From: a virus
Virus record (IMG/VR): IMGVR_UViG_3300025141_000026
Strand: one strand, 5' to 3'
Length of the DNA stretch: 64,000 nucleotides
Positions within the stretch are counted from its first letter, which is position 1. Every line of letters begins with the position of its first letter. A program made the position numbers and the translations under genes. The notes beneath the pieces were generated by a model. It had not been told where the DNA came from. It saw nothing but the letters and a program-made list of their open reading frames with translations, and did not search any database. Shown here piece by piece: positions 62,721 through 64,000 of this stretch.

Positions 62721-63563
62721 GTCAGTGGTAAACGGTACCTCCATTTCTTGCTCGTATCCGCAAGATGGGCACTCATAATCATGCTTTAAGTCAACATTTG
62801 GCATTTTTCTAGCGTATATATCACGAAGATAACGAGCATCGGAAGCGGGAAGGGACCTGATGAACATATTGATCAAAGGTGTTTCTGCCTGCCCTTCAAC
62901 AGCAACGATAGCCATTCCAAGTTGGTCTGATAGGGTTGATTCGGGTTGTTTGTTTTTCTTTTTTCTGGCGGTGAGTTGTGCCAAAGATTTTTCTGCACTC
63001 CCGTCTAGCAACTTCATAGTTACGGCAACATTTCCTCTTGGAGTCGTTGCGATAAATGTACCATCATCTTTATCTTCTACACCCTCAATCTCCTCGCGGT
63101 CGTTTGTGGCTCCATCTTCTAAATCAAATTCTACAGTGGAGGGTGTTTCACATTGTGGACAAGTTATTTTTGTATTATAAGAAGACCCATATCCAGTTAT
63201 TCTTGCTGCTACAATAAGTGCGTTCTTGTCTCCGGTCAAAAGAGAGTTCACATGGATAGATTTATCGATAATTATGTTTTGTAATAACCTATCAATTGCG
63301 ATACCTTTTTTCAATAAAGATTTTGACGTTAGGATGTCTTCGTCCTTAGCCGTCATGAAACGTATTTCAATTGAGTCTTTGCCACATAAGGGGTGACCTT
63401 CGCCGTAGTAAAGCCCCTTGGATGGTAGATCAACTATTTCAGTTGGGGTTGTAAAAGATAAGGAGGGTTTTGACTCTTCTTGCTCTTGTTCTAGATTAGA
63501 GATGGGGGCGTCACCTTGAACTTTGGTAGCCCCAAATCTCTCTTCGTTGTTTCGTATTGACAT
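62700..63563 (-). CDS. gp26-like baseplate hub / tail assembly chaperone
   Basis: LPSKG..Y, MTAKDEDIL, ARITGYG, two CxxC, ends DFFWP. Confidence 0.82.
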   Translation of the reverse strand: MSIRNNEERFGATKVQGDAPISNLEQEQEESKPSLSFTTPTEIVDLPSKGLYYGEGHPLCGKDSIEIRFMTAKDEDILTSKSLLKKGIAIDRLLQNIIIDKSIHVNSLLTGDKNALIVAARITGYGSSYNTKITCPQCETPSTVEFDLEDGATNDREEIEGVEDKDDGTFIATTPRGNVAVTMKLLDGSAEKSLAQLTARKKKNKQPESTLSDQLGMAIVAVEGQAETPLINMFIRSLPASDARYLRDIYARKMPNVDLKHDYECPSCGYEQEMEVPFTTDFFWPQR

Positions 63564-63612
63564 TTTTACCTCTTAGTTTCGTTTGTATTATACAGTATAA
63601 GCCATCACATTT

Positions 63613-64000
63613 TTATAAGTTATTATTAAATGTTGCGTAATCATATCTAATTGTGCATGAGCATTCTAGCATGTCTTCGCCGCCGTAATCATAATCACCC
63701 CATGTGATGTTTGTAAAAAAAGCGTTTGTCAATTCCCAAAAAGCAATAACTTGAAGTGACGTTGAACTACTGTTGGCGATGCCAAGCTGGTTGATTATTA
63801 CGCTTTTCACTCCCTTTGTTGTAGAAGCTTGCTTAGTAAGACCCCTCAACCTTTGAGTGGATGTTTCAGGGTTAGAATATCCAGAGTTGATAAGTTTAGT
63901 TTGCAAATTCTCTGACTGGTCGTCTTTCCCGCCGGGGTCAACAAAAGAAATATCAATTGGATCCCACTCAACTCTACCGGGGTAATAAAATGTGTGGTTC
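63613..64000 (-). CDS. gp19-like tail tube protein (5' partial)
   Basis: NHTFYYPGRVEW..I.ISFVDP, W.L.NAF...I.WGDYDY, IRYDYA. Confidence 0.85.
   Translation of the reverse strand, partial: NHTFYYPGRVEWDPIDISFVDPGGKDDQSENLQTKLINSGYSNPETSTQRLRGLTKQASTTKGVKSVIINQLGIANSSSTSLQVIAFWELTNAFFTNITWGDYDYGGEDMLECSCTIRYDYATFNNNL

Noticed and set aside
1-64000. Bacterial chromosome or prophage interpretation based on groEL, dnaE, guaB and recA
   Set aside because: These genes are interleaved with T4-like tail genes, a gp32-like SSB and dense single-strand small ORFs; no integrase or host operon structure seen

Overview
A 64-kb segment of a large (jumbo-type) dsDNA myophage genome in standard genetic code, with essentially all genes on the minus strand. 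Read in transcription order (right to left), it holds a T4-like tail module (tube, chaperone pair with a probable frameshift, tape measure, baseplate), then a replication/metabolism module (minimal PolA, tubulin/PhuZ, SSB, RecA, 5'-3' exonuclease, DnaB, class II RNR, DnaE, dUTPase, IMPDH). Next come chaperone, lysis and virion genes (GroES, GroEL, Hsp20, ClpP-like, amidase, Mom-like acetyltransferase). The last ~19 kb is an accessory region packed with ~25 paralogous 'MKVGDLV' SH3/KOW-like miniproteins. A CglF/GltF-like gliding-motility protein and a MYXO-CTERM-like surface protein point to a Myxococcota host (inference). Reading the non-coding DNA shows three promoter classes: sigma70-like; an ECF-type TGAATA-N15-CGTCTAA motif in 13 copies, one on the + strand in front of the only + strand gene; and a CTA(T/C/G)TTA candidate late motif. 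There is also an unannotated ~230-nt RNA structure with several pseudoknots at 3909-4135. All family assignments come from motif recognition by eye, not from database searches.
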